A stretch of 64,000 bases of DNA from the human T2T-CHM13v2.0 reference genome, Homo sapiens (GCF_009914755.1 NC_060927.1), one strand, 5' to 3'; positions 1 to 15,556 are shown, counted from the stretch's first letter. Program-made: numbers and translations. The notes: generated by a model from the sequence alone, not told the origin.

Positions 1-84
1 AATATCTTTCTTGATATTATTTAGCTCCTTTTGTATTTCATACTGATATTTCCCTTTGGAACATGGTCTGCTTACCACGTGTTG

Positions 85-320
85 GCAATAGCAGTAATAG
101 TTTACAGCATGCTAAATATACACTGAGGATGCTGACTATCCATTGAGGACATTATATCCATTACCTTATGCAATTGTCATTATAAGTGTAAAATGTAGGT
201 TTTGTAATTGTCCACATTTTACACATTAGGTATCTGAGTCACTGTGTAACTTAACTTGTTCAGAGAAACCCAACTCGGAAATGGAGAATCAAGAGAGACA
301 TTGATTCAGGCCAATGTCAG
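85..320 (-). mobile_element. MIR SINE relic
   Basis: Degenerate MIR core 'cacattttacacattaggtatctgagtcactgtgtaacttaacttgttcaga' resembles the reverse MIR consensus (cattttacagatgaggaaactgagg...aacttgcccaagg). Confidence 0.45.
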
Positions 321-853
321 TATCTGATTTCAGCATAACAATACTGAGTTTTCAAAGTATCTATTAATTTACCTGACATTTATAGTTAATCCTTAGACTG
401 AAATGTCTGTGTCTTCTGAATCATGAATCACATTCATTTTCCTGTAGTATTATATAAATACCTGTGTAGTGTTTTAAAAGTTAATACTTCAATCGGGTCA
501 ATTTTTTTAGACTTAATATTTGCAACACAAAGGAGACAGACTCTACCATTAGCTAAATTCCCTGTCTGGTGGTTCACAATGCACACACCATGTGTCTAGA
601 ACTAGAGAACAAACTGACATACACAGCACCTAACATGTGACCATTTCTGCTTCATGGAATTGAGTGACCACCTTCTTCCCTCCTGTTTGCTTCTCGGACA
701 CTCTGATCCAATGAAAAATATGACAAACTATGCTCTTCCATATACACTACTTCCAGAGTTCTTTTCTCTGTCTTTACCTACAGTATTTACTTTATAGGAG
801 CCCCACATCTCAGGATAAATGTCACCATGCCAAAATTCCTCCTACTTTATATC

Positions 854-884
854 TTGTTTTGTTTGTTTGTTTGTTTGTTTGTTT
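854..884. repeat. (GTTT)n microsatellite
   Basis: Tandem GTTT units read directly. Confidence 0.9.
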
Positions 885-1009
885 AGATTTGCTGTTGCAC
901 AATGAATATAGAAAAGAGGAGCAAGGCACAAATGAGAGAAGGAAAAGAAGGAATAATATTGTTGCTAACTAGAAAAATCCATTCCTTTGTAATGGAATGA
1001 AAGTTTTTT

Positions 1010-1731
1010 GTTTGCTTGCTTTTTGGGTTTTTTTATTATACTTTAAGTTTTAGGGTACATGTGCACAACGTGCAGGTTTGTTACATATGTATACATGTGC
1101 TATTTTGGTGTGCTGCACCCATTAACTCATCATTTAACATCAGGTATATCTCCTAATGCTATCCCTCCCCTCTCCCCCCACCCCACAACAGGCCCTGGTG
1201 TGTGATGTTCCCCTTCCTGTGTCCATGTGTTCTCATTGCTCAATTCCCACCTATGAGTGAGAACATGCGGTGTTTGGTTTTTTTGTCCTTGAGATAGTTT
1301 GCTGAGAATGATGGTTTCCAGCTTCATTCATGTCCCTACAAAGGACATGAACTCATCATTTTTTATGGCTGCATAGTATTCCATGGTGTATATGTGCCAC
1401 ATTTTCTTAATCCAGTCTATCATTGTTGGACATTTGGCTTGGTTCCAAGTCTTTGCTATTGTGAATAGTGCTGCAATAAACATACGTGTGCATGTGTCTT
1501 TATAGCAGCATGTTTTATAATCCTTTGGGTATATACCCAGTAATGGGGTGGCTGGGTCAAATGGTATTTCTAGTTCTAGATCCCTGAGGAATCGCCACAC
1601 TGACTTCCACAATGGTTGAACTAGTTTACAATCCCACCAACAGTGTAAAAGTGTTCCTATTTCTCCACATCCTCTCCAGCATAAAATTCAGCATCTGACT
1701 TTTTAATGATCGCCATTCTAACTGGTGCGAG
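1010..1731 (-). mobile_element. 5'-truncated LINE-1, L1PA4-like 3' end
   Basis: T-rich tail and L1PA 3'UTR ('catttaacat..ggtatatctcctaatgctatccc'). ORF2 C-terminal peptide (ORF 1328..1612). TSD ATGGAATGAAAGTTTTTT at 992-1009 and 1732-1749. Confidence 0.95.
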
Positions 1732-1770
1732 ATGGAATGAAAGTTTTTTAGTTTTCTGATTCATAACAAC

Positions 1771-2223
1771 TGATGAAGACTCTCTCCTTTAACAAAACTT
1801 GAGTCAGGCTCCTGTGAGTTCTTTATGACTAGACCCAACCTTGGGTTACCCTCTCTATCCTTGTAGAATCAAGTATGAGCAAGAATCCTGCTAAGGTAGT
1901 TTGGTGAAAATCCCCCATCCTCGATATCTGACCACCCTCAATAGCTGATCACCCTGGCCTACCTTCGGCAATAATTCTGTCAAGTTGGTGTAGCCAGGAA
2001 CTCCCTTATCCTTGATATTTCCTGTTATTCATTTTCCATCCACTGATTCTGACCCGGCTTGTTGGCTATAAATCCCCATTTGCCTTTGTTGGAATCAGAG
2101 TTGAGCCCATTCTCTCTCCCCCATTGAAAAATTCCATTGCAGTTTTCCTATCGCTACGGTCCCCTTTAATAAAGTCTGTTTTACTGTATTTAACAAGTGT
2201 TGTAAATGTTTTTTTCTTAAACA
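1771..2223 (+). mobile_element. ERV1 solo LTR, MER31/MER67-like
   Basis: Starts TGATGAAGACTCTCTCCTTTAACAAAACTTGAGTCAGGCTCC and ends ...AACA. Internal TATAAA and AATAAA. 4-bp TSD CAAC (1767-1770, 2224-2227). Confidence 0.85.
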
Positions 2224-2362
2224 CAACCTTAAACTCTAAACAAAGAGGAGTCTTGCAGTATATTTACTATATTTCATGAGTTGATAATTTCATATCAAGT
2301 GATTTTTTTTTTCCTTCGGCGTTTTCGACTTAGGTTGATGATCAGACTGTGTTTTTATTGTA

Positions 2363-3142
2363 TAGTCATACACCCCATAATGGACTGCATATACAATGGT
2401 GGTCCCATAAGATTATAATGGAGCTGAAAAATTCCTATTGCCTCGTGATGTCTTGATGATCCTGTCCCTGTGTAGGCATAACAAAAAGTTGAAAGAGGAA
2501 AAAAATTAAAATTAGATAAAAGCTTATAGAATAAAAATATAAAGAGAAAAATAGTTTTGTACACCTGTGCAATGTTTGTGTCTTAAGCTAAATATTATTA
2601 CAAAAGAGGCAAAAGTTAAAAAAAATTAAAGTTTAAACAATAACAAAGTAACAATAAGCTAAGGTTAATCTATTATTGAAGAAAGAAAAGTATGTTTTAT
2701 AAATTTAGTGTAGCATAAGTGACAAAGTTTATAAAGTCTACCGTAGCATACAGTAATGTCCTAGGCCTTCATATTCAGCCACCGCTCACTCACTGGCTCT
2801 TCCAGAGCAACTTCCAGTCCTGCAAGCTCCATTCATGCTATGTACCCTATATAGGTATACTACTCTATCTTTTATGCTGTGTCTTTTAATGTACCTTTTC
2901 TATATTTAGATATACAAGTACTTACCATTGTATTACAATTGCCTACAGTATTTAGTTCACTAACATGCTGTACAGTTTTATATAGGAGCAATAGGCTGTA
3001 CCATACAGCCTAGTTGTGTAGTAAGCTATACCATCTAGAGTTTGTGTAAGTACACTCTTATGATGTTCACACAAGGAAGAAATTGCCTGAGGAGGCAGGT
3101 ATTTTTCAGAACATACTTTCGTCATAAAGCAATGCATGGCTG
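2363..3142 (+). mobile_element. Tigger3-family (TcMar-Tigger) non-autonomous DNA transposon
   Basis: 'ggtggtcccataagattataatggagctgaaaaattcctattgcct' and 'ccatctagagtttgtgtaagtacactct' are Tigger3 motifs. Degenerate TIRs (tagtcata.../...gcatggctg) flanked by TA. Confidence 0.85.
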
Positions 3143-4484
3143 TATTACTTTTTTTAAATCAGTTCTATGCCTTCAGACTATCAGAAATGCTGCAGCAGAC
3201 AGTATAAGCCAGCCAATAGCTAAAAATAAAGTTTTATTCATTTTTTCTCTTACAAAACATGAATTTAAAAAAATAAAGAAAATGATGGTAACCAGATAAC
3301 AGTAACTACCATTTACATGTGAGTATATATTTTGAGTACCTTTACATAACTATAAATATATGAAAAACTGGATATGTGAGCGATAATATATATTTAATAA
3401 AAATGGGAATATGTACCTTTCTATTTTCAATAAATTGTATTTTTCTACTGCCAACATCATGTTCAAATATGCTTCCTTACATGGATACTTTAAAAATACA
3501 CTACATAGAAGTCTTCAAACTTTGAGTGATGAGAGGGACATGATTGAACTATTCTAGCTCTGAAGTTAGATAGTAAAAGGAAAATTCATGTCAATTTTAT
3601 GCTACAAGTTTAAATTAAAGCATTAAAACTATTGTGTGTTGCAGAAACTGAAAAAGAAGCAAGGATGTACCAAATACATAAAATAAAACATATTTTATAA
3701 AGATCTCTATATATTTCAAAATGTTGCACCAAGAAATTATATACATTTGAACTTTAATTGATAAAGATCAATGATAATGAATTAGGTACTACAGCAATAA
3801 TTCCAAGATACAAAATGGACCACACTTCCCCTTAAAGATACAGACCTCAATCACACAGGAAGTTTTTCCAAAGTATGAATTCATCAACACCTCCCACGCC
3901 GTTTTACTCCATATGCACAAAGTTCTGGTATTTCTTGGTATGGGGTGCTGACAGTGACTTTTCCCCATACTATCCTAAGCCTCTCCCGTCACCATCACCT
4001 AGCCTGCCCTGACATAGCATTCATTACTGGGAATGCTAGTAAGGGAAGATATCTATCATCCTCAGGAGTGATGTCACTCAGACAGGTAAGATTTTCTGGA
4101 TGCTAAGAAGTGATGATGATTCATTTGGACCTTGAGGAAGTCACAGATCACAAGTGAGGCATATACTTGAAAAGGTAATTACAGTGCATTATGCTCAAGG
4201 GTTCCATTTGGAATGATGGAGGAAGTGCTCCTCATCCTGCTTTGGAGACAGCAAAAGAGTTCACAGAGAAGTTATCGTTTCAATGTAGTCTTCAGTAAAG
4301 TTTGAGAATTTTCCAGCTATACCCAGGGAAAGGAAGAGCACTGTAATATCATAATTGTTGCCCTTTCTCCTTCTGTGAAATGACATGAAATAATGAGGCA
4401 AACAGTAAATGTCACCATTCAGTCATAGCTACTGTTTATTATAGAGTATTTATTATGTGACAAGCATTGTGCTCAGGACATCAC

Positions 4485-4915
4485 TGTGCTGGTAATCTTA
4501 TGATTTCCTCTCCTACCACTCTCTACTCTTCATTTTCACCCTATTCTGTGTCCCTGAAGATTCCTTGCCCTTGCACTTCTATTTGAATCTTGTCAATGAG
4601 GAGCACAGGTAGGATATTAAAGGAAGAGAGGAGAATGAAGCCAGGGTATTTATCACTCTGTTCCCTCCCTGTGGGGTAACTGTGGTCTAACTGGATCTGT
4701 CATTCAGAGGTCACAATTCTACCAGCCAGCCCTCTCCATATATCCCTCATCTCGGTTCCAGAAACCACTACCTCACTGCCCAGCACTTTTCTAGCCCCAA
4801 GCTTCTGAAATTTTTCTCCTGATTTCCCTTCACCCTACTTACACTTTTGAAAATAGTTCCTTTGTTATATTCTTCTTAAATTACCCAATTTGATGTCATC
4901 TAGTATCAGGAACCT
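4485..4915 (-). mobile_element. ERVL solo LTR, LTR33-like, inserted into a MIR
   Basis: 'gaggagcacaggtaggatattaaaggaagagaggagaatgaagccagggtatttatcactctgttccctccctg' resembles LTR33. MIR-like sequence on both sides (~4425-4484, ~4916-4980). Confidence 0.6.
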
Positions 4916-5198
4916 GCTCACATTATCTCATGTAACCCTTCCTATAATGCAGCAGTGTAGGTCCTATCATCCCATTTTTTTTCCCCCATTTGAGTTAGAA
5001 TTTCTTTGGAAAGTGTTTCTAAGAACAACGGCTCTTTTTGTCAACTTATGATACATGTCACCAACCAGAAAAAGAAATATTACTATAGCTATCATTATTC
5101 AGATTCCAACCATGAGCAATCTCTTTAAATAAAAACTTAATCCTCAAAATGTGCATTTGAGATAAATTATCTTATCCTAGTTTTTGAAAAGACAAAAT

Positions 5199-5734
5199 TG
5201 TAACTAGACCCAGGTTCTTCTGCTCACTGCTCAAAAGCCAAACATAAGCAGCAAGGGTTGATGGGAGGAAGTGCAGGTTTAATCAGAGAGCCAGCAAGTG
5301 GAAGATGGTAAACTAGCATTCTAAAGGACCACCTTAAATTTTAAATTGTACCATAGCATTTCTAAAGGGAAACTTGGTATGGGAGACACGCAGGAGTGGT
5401 GCAAGGTGCAGGGTCTGTGTGTCTATTCTGATGGCTATCCTGAGTAATCACCCATCTCGAGGCCTGGTTGTCATGTTATCTTGACTTTGGCCCATGGTGG
5501 TGGACTTAATTGTTTGCCACTCTCCCTAAGTGGGAGGATTCCACAGGGGCTCTATGCCTGATTTGTTTCTAGATTACCCTCTGGAATTTCTTAAACAAGA
5601 ACATAATTGGATAAACATGCATTGCTGAAGGGAGTGCCTAGAGGAGGAAGAATGAAAGAGTGAGAGGGGAGGGAAGGAAGAAAATGAAAGTGAGTGATTA
5701 AAATATATTATTAAAACTGAGGTTCCTGGTTACA
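5199..5734 (-). mobile_element. ERV1-class solo LTR (MER4 group, subfamily uncertain) interrupting a MIR
   Basis: TGTAAC...GTTACA termini and imperfect 4-bp TSD AAAT/AAAC. MIR core resumes at 5735 (aaactggcttcaagaggttaagtaactt). Confidence 0.75.
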
Positions 5735-6059
5735 AAACTGGCTTCAAGAGGTTAAGTAACTTCTTTATAGTTACATACCAACTATGCAGAGGGATTCAAA
5801 CCCTCTCTCTCAGGATTCAAAATCAGTGTTGTCATCTCCTCCACTAACCAATGAAAATTCCATTATGAAAAAAATTGTGAATGGCATTAGGTAAATAAAA
5901 TTCACTAATAATTTATATTCAATTTATTCACAAAGGATAAGAGAAATTTCATATTTTTTGTATGTTCTTCTCAGCAAATTTTTTACATTTAATATATAGC
6001 AACCCTAAACCTCTCTCAGAATTTTTTTTCATGGTGTTACCAAAAATTCATGGATCATT

Positions 6060-7740
<1,681 letters not shown>

Positions 7741-7757
7741 ACATTTTTTTTACTTAT

Positions 7758-8420
7758 TGTTACTGCCAGTGAAACCCGCAAGGGTCTGCGGCAACCTCAA
7801 TTCTTGCCTCCTCAGAAGATAGAATTTGACTGAAGGGCATAAGGCAGAAGGAGAGACTGAGGCATGTTTTTGAGCAGGAGTGAAAGTTTATTAAAAAGCT
7901 TTAGAGCAGGAATGAAAAAAGTATACTTGGAAGAGGGCCAAGTGGCTAACTTGAGAGATCAAGTGCATGTGGGGTTTTATACGTTGGCATGCTTCTGGGG
8001 TCTTGTGTTACTTTTCCTATGATTCTTCCCTTGGGGTGGGCTGTCCACATGCTTAGTGGCCTGCTGGCATTTGGGAGGGGAGCACGCACGATATGTTTAC
8101 TGGAGCTGTACACATGCTCACTTGAGGTGTTTTTCCCTCACCAGTTCAGTGTTCCTAAAGGAAGGTCATCCACTATTTTGCCTCTTTGTGTGCATGCTTG
8201 GGGCCCACTCACTGAACTGAGATCTTATTGGGAAGCTGCTGATAACCAGTTTCCAATTTTTCTATCTACTGAGAGACTGCCTTTCCCTGATCCCAGCTAT
8301 AACTAATTACTATTTTAGAAACAACTGCCTGACCATCACCTGATGGTTGCCTGACATTTCTGAGTTGGAAGGAAGCCCTCTCCTGCCTTGCTCATTCCTG
8401 ACTAGCTACCTACTATAACA
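7758..8420 (-). mobile_element. ERV1 solo LTR, MER50-like
   Basis: Reverse strand begins TGTTATAGTAGGTAGCTAGTCAGGAATGAGCAAGGCAGGAGAGGGC. TG..CA termini, imperfect TSD TTAT/TTCT. Confidence 0.85.
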
Positions 8421-8765
8421 TTCTGATCCCCACTAGACATTAGTTTTACAATTTTGTACAATTTTGGTTCATTTACATTAGCCCCATATTTGTCATTTTC
8501 TAATTCCTTTGGCTTTTCAGGCCTCACATTTGTGTTCATTTTTTTTCTACTTGAAATGAATTCTTCAAAATTATCTTTTGTAAGAATCTTTCCTTAGTCT
8601 TTGTTTATTGTAGATGTTTGTATTTGACTTTCATTCGGTATATTTTCTCTGGATATAAAATTCTAGGTTGCAGTTATTTTATTTCAGGATTTTAAAGACA
8701 GCCTTTCTGTTTTCTGATTTTTGTAGTGACTGTTGAGAAATCAGTCACTAAATATGAAATGGGGG

Positions 8766-9894
8766 TGTCACCAAACTGTGGCAGGGGCAGAGAGGGTGTT
8801 CCACACGTAGCAATTCTCCAATAGCTACGTGTACTATAATTCAATTCAGTTCTAACATTAACCAAAGTTAGCACAGACCCAGACCCCACAGGTTAAGGGC
8901 TTAGTCCCACAGGACTGCCCCACAACAGATGACAATCTCAGGTAATAGGTTTCCAGGCTACCCACACTTTGTCTGACTTGGCTACAAATTAGAGATTCCT
9001 TCACTTCCCTCTCAGGTTCCATGTTTTGCTAGAATGACACACAGAACTCAGGGAAACACTTTACTTACATTCACCCAATTATTATAAAAGGATACAACTC
9101 AGGAACAGCCAGATGGAAGAGATGCATACAACAAGTTATGTGGAGAGGAGCTTGGAATTTCCATGCCCTCTCCAGGCACACCACCCTCCCAGAAGTTCCA
9201 CATGTTCAGGAATCCAAAAACTCTTCAAGTCCATCCTTCTGGGTTTGGTTTTGTTGTTTTGTTTTGCTGAGATAGGGTCTTGCTCTATTGTCCAGGCTGC
9301 AGTGCAGTGGCACAATGATAGCTCACTGCAGGCTCAATCTTCTGGGCTCAAGAAATTCTCCCAAGTAGCTGGGACCACAGGTGCATACCACCACACCTGG
9401 ATAATTTTTGTATTTTTTGTAGAGACGGGTTTTTGCCCAGGCTTGTCTCAAACTCTGGGCTCAATCATTAGCACATGTCAGCCTCCCAAATTGCTGAAAT
9501 TACAGGCATGAGCTACTGTGCCTGAACCCTTTTGGTGTTTTTGGAAGCTTCATTCTATACAAGCACGGTTGATTAAATCATTGGCTATTAGTAAGTAGCT
9601 CAATCTCCAGCCCATTTTCCCTCCCTGGAGGTTGGAAAATGGTAGAGAAAATGGTAGAGGAGGTTGGAAAATGGCTGAGGGTTTGAAAGTTCCATCCCTG
9701 CTAATCATATGTTTGATCCCCTGGTAATCATTATCAATTCTGAGCTTATCCCAGGGCCCTCAACCATCTGGTCATTTCATTAGCATACAAAAGACACATC
9801 ATTTCAGAGATTCCAAAGGTTTTAGGAGTTGTATGCCAGGAAATGGGTTAGGGGAGACCTAAATATATAGTTGTTATTAAAGCAAAATATTATA
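8766..9894 (-). mobile_element. MER21-family solo LTR interrupted by AluJ
   Basis: 'ccccacaggttaagggcttagtcccacaggactgcccc' and 'ggatacaactcaggaacagccagatggaagagatgcata' are MER21 motifs. Confidence 0.85.
9244..9527 (-). mobile_element. AluJ
   Basis: 'gagatagggtcttgctctattgtccaggctgcagtgcagtggcacaatgatagctcactgcag...gggctcaag'; diverged, with AluJ diagnostics. Confidence 0.85.
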
Positions 9895-10119
9895 ACCTCT
9901 AATCTATATGTTTACCTTTGCTTTTTTCTATGATTTACTCTGCATAATTTGTTATGATCTGCCCTCCAATTTTCGAAACCTTCTATCTGTTGTTGCTATT
10001 TATATATATATTTTTTAATTTGGAATATTATGTTTTTTACTATTTCTTAAGTTTTATTCACGTGAAAACTCTACAAGTTGTATTGTATAAAAGCTAATGT
10101 CCAGGATTTGCAAGTTTTA

Positions 10120-10225
10120 TTCTAGTTATGCAAGATGTTAACATTAGGGGAAGCTGAATAAGAGATATATGGGAACTCTCTGTACTGTTCTTACAACTTT
10201 TCTGTAAGTCTAAAATTGGTTCAAA
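10120..10225 (+). mobile_element. L1M (L1MC/ME) 3'-terminal fragment
   Basis: 'caagatgttaacattaggggaagctg...gggaactctctgtactgttcttacaacttttctgtaagtctaaaatt'. Confidence 0.7.
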
Positions 10226-11999
10226 TTACCTTTTGTTTTTTTTAAAGCAATGTATCATACTAGATAGTAATCCAGCATGTGTGATTAATGTAACTTTAAA
10301 AATGATAAAAATATACTGACCCAAAGAAGACAGCAGGTGCTCATTAGAAGTATGAAATTCTCATTAATAATTCAACTCCATATACAGAAACCATTCCCAC
10401 AGTAGAAAGAAGGGACCCAAATCAGTTATAGATTTCAAAAACTTCTCTAAATCTAAAGCAAATGTCTCAGACCAGAAACTTCTTTTATGTTTTCCTAGAA
10501 AATGTAGAACCCAGAAGCTATAGCCCCTGCACTTCCTTCTTTTTATTGTTTTCCTCTACTTCTCTTTCTATTCTTCCTTTTATTAACATTAAGTATAGTT
10601 AGATAGAAATTACCATAGCAGATTTTTTTCCTCAAGTAAGTAATACTCAAAGCTTCCAGTATAAAAATATTATCTTGCAAATGTGCTAAATGAAGCATAA
10701 TTAAATTTGCCATGGAATCATTCCAAAGCAGTGAGGGTGGGCTCTCCCGTCTGTAATGTACCCCCTTCCATCCTCTCTCTTACTTCATTTCCTGTGCTTT
10801 TATTTCTTTGAATTGTTGGCTCTGCCTAAATGCAGAACAGAGTAGACTGTAGAAATAGTTCTTGGCCCACTTCAGAAACCAGCATCAATTTAGTTGAAGC
10901 ATTCTTAATCTGTTTTCTGGATAATGTAGTCCATGAATCTGGTAATCTGTTTCCATCTCCCTACTCTGATTAGAAGCTTTTAGTTAACCCTATCTTTCAC
11001 CTTCCCTTGCCTGGTTCAGGTCGCTTCAGTCTGCACATTTTCAAGTGCACTAGAGGGATGTGGGAAGTTAAGCAAAAGCCTGGTGTATGACATCATTATC
11101 TGATTTTGGAGCTTGAGCAAGCATCACCTACTCATATACAGAACATGCCCAGGTAGGCACACATACAAACACACACATATACACACAGGGACCAGAGAAT
11201 GGCTTCTAAGGGGCTAACTTCCTTCCCAGAAGCCTCCATTTCACACTTCAAGTAGCAGCTGTGTCTCCATTGCAAACCAGGGATTCCGGGTCTCTGTTCA
11301 TCTCATAAGGAGCACCCACCTGCTCCCGCAGACACCCAGGAGCCAGGGAGAAGTCGGCTTCTCCCGCCTTATTGCCAGTTCAATGAGCCTTCTGAGAGAG
11401 AAACAGCTCATTTCTCTTAATCAGTAGCAATGACTTTCAAGAGTCTGATGGCACCAATTGATGAAGTAAGTCAAGAGGGAGAAGCTAATCATGAAGGATG
11501 TGCCTTGTGCCGGGTGTGTGTTATTTATAGAAACCTCAGCAGACAAGAATACATTAACATTATTAAGCTAAATCTACCCTGTGATTCTGAGTTCTTGTTA
11601 CTGACAAATTCTCCCTTCACTGCTTACTATATTATTCTATAACAATCAATGCTATATTTATTTTAATTAAAATTGTGTGCTGAAATAGAGTGTTTCTCTT
11701 CTTTTTTTCTCCTCTAAAAAACTGTTGATCTGGATGTCCCTAGCAAGTCATAGAAAGATGAAAAATGTTTTAAAAAAAATAACGTGGATAGAAACGTCAC
11801 CTTTTCCTAAGTAAAATGATTATTTCTACATTTAAAATGATATTACTTTGCAAAGGGCTATCATAACAATACAATCTATTTAACAGCAAAGATACGTATG
11901 AAAAGAAGGATACAGACAATTAAGTAGAAACTTAAAGACATTAAGACCCAGAGAGGAAATTTAATAACTCTAACAATGGGACGCAGAGCCAATCCTATT

Positions 12000-12830
12000 T
12001 CCAGTCTAGGGTGCTGTTCTTGTCATGAAAATTTGCAAATTAGTTTTGTCATTTTGGTTCTCATTTCTCAAAATACAAAACCTGCAACACAAAAAGTTCT
12101 CAGTACAATCAAATATCCAGTCAGTGTTTAAATTTCCATAATTGCCTAATTAATTAATTAGAACAGTTTGCTTTTGCTTGTCTGAATCATGGCATGCATT
12201 GCGATTGGTTATTTCCAAAGTATTTTAAATCTGTAGTTTCTTTCTCCATCTTTTTCTCTTTCTTTTCTATCAATGCATTTATTGAGGAAGCCAGCTTGAT
12301 GCCCTTTGGAATACACCACAGTAGGGACTTTGCTAGTTGCGCCCCTGTAGTGTCATGTAATATTTTATTTGAAAATTAGTGTTTAGATTTAGAATTTTCA
12401 TCAGAAATGAGTTTGATTTGTTTTGGCAAAACTTCTTTATTGGTCATGTGTATTTTCATTAGGAAATGTTAGCACTTTTGTTCTAGGAATCCTTGTTCAT
12501 TATGGATTGCTAAATGTTGATATTCTCATTCTATTATTCTCTCTTCATGCATTAGCTGGATCCCATCTTTAAGAACTTTCCTTTATAAACTCTTTGACTA
12601 CCCAGATGCATAGTTTAAAAAGAAGAGGCAAAACTAATGTTGATTCTTTCTCTTTATTTATGAATTTTTCACATAATGTTTCCTAGCATCTTCTAAAATT
12701 AGCTAATGATATTTTACTTTTGAAATATCATTATGAATTCAGGGATTTAAAAGTGTTTGGTGAGTTTCAAACAATTGCATTCGTGGTTCTTATTCCTCAC
12801 CTTTGATCAGTGATTCTCATCATTGTGATT
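12000..12830 (-). mobile_element. Old L1MC4/5-like 3' region, host of the nested cluster; resumes at ~18600-18930 and ~22190
   Basis: 'ggattgctaaatgttgatattctcattctattattctctcttcatgcattagctgg' and 'atcattatgaattcagggattta' resemble L1MC4/5 3' sequence. Confidence 0.55.
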
Positions 12831-14644
12831 TCTTTTTATAGATTTATATGAAATTATTTATAAAGTTTATATATAATTTTAATTAAAAGTAATAATTGCA
12901 CATATTTATGGAGTACTGTGTGATGTTTCCAGTGTGTAATATTTACATTGTGTAATGATCTAATCAAGGTAATTAACATATTTACCATCTAAAACATTTA
13001 TTTCTTTGTGGTCAGAACATTCAAAATCTTCTCTTCTAGCTATGTTGAAATATACATTATCGTTAACTATATCACAATTCTGTGCAAAGAAGACTAGAAC
13101 TTATTCCTCTGATCTAACTGACAGAGTACTCATTTACAAACCCCTTCTCATCTTCTCTACTTTCCCTAGTCTCTGGTAACCATGATTCTACTCGACTTCT
13201 ATGAGATCCACCTTTTTTAGATCCCATATGTGAGTGAGATCATGTAGTATTTGACCTTCTGTGCCTGGCTTCTTTCACTTAAAATAATGTCCTCTTAGTT
13301 CATCCATGTTGTTGCAAATGACAGGATTTCATTCTTTGTTATGGCTGAATAGTATTCCATTGTGTATATGTACCACATTTTTATTTCATTTGTTCATTGA
13401 TGGATACTTAGATTGATTCCACATTTTGAAAGTTGAAATAGACATGGGAGGACAGACATCTTTTCAACATATTCATTTCATTTCTTTTGGGTATATACCC
13501 AATAATAGGATTGCTGGATAATATGGCAGTTCTATTTTTAATTTTTTGAGGAACCCTCATATTGTTCACCCTAATGGTTGTACTAATTTACATTCTCATC
13601 AACAGTGTACAAGAGTTCCCCTTTCTCCACATCCTGGCCAGCATTTGTTATTTTTTGTCTTTTTGGCAATAGCCATTCTAATTGGGATGTGATCATATCT
13701 CATTGTGGTTTTGACATTCCAGCATCATTAATTGAAGAAAGTATCCTTTCCCCAATGTGTGTTCTTGGTGTCTTTGTTGAAAATCAGTTAACTGTAGATG
13801 TATGGTTTATTTCTAAGTTCATTATTTAGTTTCATTAATCTGTGTCTGTTTTCATGACAACACCATGCTGTTTTAGTTATTATAACTTAGTAGTATATTT
13901 TGAAGTCAAATAATGTGATGCCTCCAGCATTGTTCTGTGTACCCCAGATTGCTTTGGCTATTTAGGAATTTTTTGTGTTTCCACAGACATTTTAGAATTG
14001 TCTTTTTTTCTATTTTTGTGAAGAATGTCATTGATATACTGAAAAAAAATTGCATTGAATCTATAGATTGCATTGGGGAGTATGGATATTTTATTAATAT
14101 TAAATCTTTCCATTCATGCCCATGGGATATCTTTCCATTTATTTGTGTCCTCTTCAGTTTCTTCCATTAGCGTTTTATAGTTTTTATTGTAGAGATCTTT
14201 CACCTCCTTGGTAAAATTTATCTCTTTTCTTTTAGCTGGTATAAATGGAATTGTCTTCTTGATTTCTTTTTCAGATCATTCACTATTAGAATATAAAACA
14301 CTACTGACTTTTTTATGTTGATTTGTATGCTACATCTTTATTGAATTTGTTTATCAAATTCAAACTTGATAAAAACAACTTTTTGGTGGCATCTTTAGGG
14401 TTTTTTTATATATAAGATTATGTTATTTGCAAACAGGGACAATTCAACCTCCTCCTTTTCAATTTAGATACTCCTTATTTCTTTCTCTTGCCCAATTTCT
14501 CTAGCTAGAACTTCCAGTACTATGTTTAATGCAAGTGGTAAATGTGGGCATCCTTGTCCTGACCCAGGTCTTAAATGAAAAGTTTTCAATTTTTCTCTGT
14601 TCATTATGATGTTAGCTGTGGGTTTATCTTGTATGACATTTAAT

Positions 14645-15556
14645 ACATAAACTAAAAATAAAATGTCAGGCCCCTCAGCCAACTGAATGGACCTTCTTTT
14701 GGCCACGGGGACCCCAGAGAAGCTTTAAAAACTGAGTTTTTGGTCATGATGAGATAGGAGGTTGGACAGGCCTTGTTATACTCATACCCTTTTATGGTTT
14801 AGACAAAAACTGGTCAGTATTAATGTTAAAATAGAGATTATAAGACTGACTGGAATGGACTATTTATGGTAAGAAGATAACAAACTGCAAAAACACTTAA
14901 TGCCATGCCAGGCAAGGGTTAATTCATGCAGCCTTACACTTGAAGAACAAACTACGTTCTAACTGCCACAAGGATTTTCTTTTTCTCTAGCAGCTAAATA
15001 AGCACTGGCCTCAAGATAAGCAATATTAAACAATTTCCAGCTCAATTTCAGTTGCTAACTGACCCTCGGATTCCACAGGCCACAACTACAGCTTTGATTG
15101 GATAAGAGACTGATTTCAGTAATTTTCTGTTGATAAGAAGACCACTGACCATGGACTAGTTCTGTCTGGTTTACAGAGGCTGTGCATTTGAATATCTTCA
15201 TGTCCCTGCTTCACCTTTTGAGGTATAGGGCCTAAATTTAGTACATCTAAATGTTAAGTCTCCACTCCTAGGTGAAAATGGGTCATATGTTGTAACATGC
15301 ACATTTGTCTAGTACATGTTTTAGAACTACCTTATGAATAATCATAGCTTATCCTGTTACCTATTGAATATGTATACATAACCAACCATTCGAGCATAAA
15401 TTTCTGTCTCAGCTTTCCTCCTTTGAAGTGCTTATCTCATGTATTTGCCTAAGGCTATGCTTCCCATCCTACAGGATGGCCACCTTGCAAGCTGTAACCT
15501 TTGATATGAAATAAAGTCTCCTCTCCATATAAGACCTTGTTATTTTTCAGTTAACA
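14645..15556 (+). mobile_element. ERV1 solo LTR, MER4D-like
   Basis: 'taaactaaaaataaaatgtcaggcccctcagccaactgaatggacc' matches the MER4D start. AATAAA near the end and ...TTAACA terminus. Splits L1 ORF2 sequence. Confidence 0.85.
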
